Virus record (IMG/VR): IMGVR_UViG_3300038530_003085 | Coordinates: 96,001 to 160,000 of that record | Source: a virus | Lineage: Duplodnaviria; Caudoviricetes | Reading direction: 5' to 3' (one strand) | Length of the DNA: 64,000 bases | Shown here: positions 63,411 to 64,000 of the stretch, piece after piece | Layout: each line of letters opens with the position of its first letter | Position numbering within the stretch: position 1 is the stretch's first letter | Program-made: the position numbers and the translations under genes | The notes under the pieces: model-generated | What the model was told of the DNA's origin: nothing | Database searches by the model: none | The model's input: only the letters and a program-made list of their open reading frames with translations

Positions 63411-63999
63411 CGTCTAACACTCTGAATTTGAATATTTTATCCTGTTCAAGCCAAGAATTTAACTCTTTATTGTAAAAAGCAAACTTGAACCCATATTCAT
63501 AACCCGGATCTAGTAAGCGCATATCGACGTTAAAGTAATTACCAGATACATCGTAGGATAAACCTGTAGCAAAATCACTTCCTGTGTTGTGTGGTATGGC
63601 TTCAAGCGAATCAAGGATTCTGAAAACTCTATACGAAGCACTCATTATTGGATAATGTGGTGGATTCTCCTTGGCCTTAGTATAAATAGTTGGGGACCAA
63701 TTTTTATTTCTAATGTAAAGGTTAAATCTGGCGGTTTCATTCTTGCTATATTCGTTTCGTAAATTAGTAATATTGATAAAATATTTTCTTGTGTCAACAG
63801 CAAGAGAAGATTCTATTACCTTAGCGCTAATAGAACCGGTAAAATATTCGAGTGATGTGGCATGTTCATTCTGCATCGAGCCACTATGCCATACGTCATA
63901 AAGTGTCTGAATAGGCGTAGCTGCGGAAGTGATAGCGATTGAGCAACTGTAAATTCCTGTAGATACATGTCCACCAGTAATACTGGTTGTTCCGTCAAA
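63400..63999 (-). CDS. Virion/baseplate protein, C-terminal part (starts beyond the right edge)
   Basis: The frame is open from 63999 (FDGTTSITGGHVSTGIYSCS...) through LSYDVSGNYF...FKFRV. Confidence 0.7.
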   Translation of the reverse strand, partial: FDGTTSITGGHVSTGIYSCSIAITSAATPIQTLYDVWHSGSMQNEHATSLEYFTGSISAKVIESSLAVDTRKYFINITNLRNEYSKNETARFNLYIRNKNWSPTIYTKAKENPPHYPIMSASYRVFRILDSLEAIPHNTGSDFATGLSYDVSGNYFNVDMRLLDPGYEYGFKFAFYNKELNSWLEQDKIFKFRVLDDEY

Positions 64000-64000
64000 T

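Noticed and set aside
1-64000. All plus-strand ORFs in the track (e.g. 9957-10508, 15026-15454, 31212-31691)
   Set aside because: They are antisense shadows of well-supported minus-strand genes, with no SDs or recognisable motifs.
1-64000. tRNA, rRNA, CRISPR arrays, IS elements
   Set aside because: Intergenic gaps are short and I saw no cloverleaf, repeat-spacer pattern or transposase; a tRNAscan/Infernal run would confirm.
1-64000. Stop-codon reassignment (alternative genetic code)
   Set aside because: Core genes are full length in code 11, and TAA, TAG and TGA all terminate genes at sensible, tightly packed positions.

Overview
A 64 kb fragment of a large, T4-related (gp23-type capsid, contractile-tailed) myovirus genome, probably an uncultured aquatic jumbo phage. 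Every credible gene is on the minus strand and uses genetic code 11. In transcription order (right to left) it holds: baseplate/tail genes including a 3713-aa LamG-containing protein; a DNA repair/replication island (RuvC-like resolvase, UvsE, primase, fused Mre11-Rad50) with two consensus sigma70 promoters; a tubulin/FtsZ-family GTPase; many small proteins sharing an N-terminal MKITxxxLKxIIxEE leader; a holin/spanin-like cassette; terminase, portal and prohead protease; ribosomal protein bS21; a cluster of fibre paralogues with a stand-alone Smr gene; scaffold, major capsid, neck, sheath, tube and chaperone genes; and the start of the tape measure. The most interesting signals are: (1) a leader plus LxE-cleavage family that looks like a modular capsid-cargo system; (2) a strong enrichment of [ST]-[GAS]-S tripeptides in external virion proteins, a possible modification sequon; (3) bS21 plus Smr in a phage whose expression signals are not Bacteroidota-like; (4) a candidate +1/-2 frameshift in the tail chaperone; (5) a sense-strand ACTAnTTA late-promoter motif; and (6) a non-lipoprotein spanin-like partner. 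All homology calls are by motif recognition and gene order only; no database searches were run.
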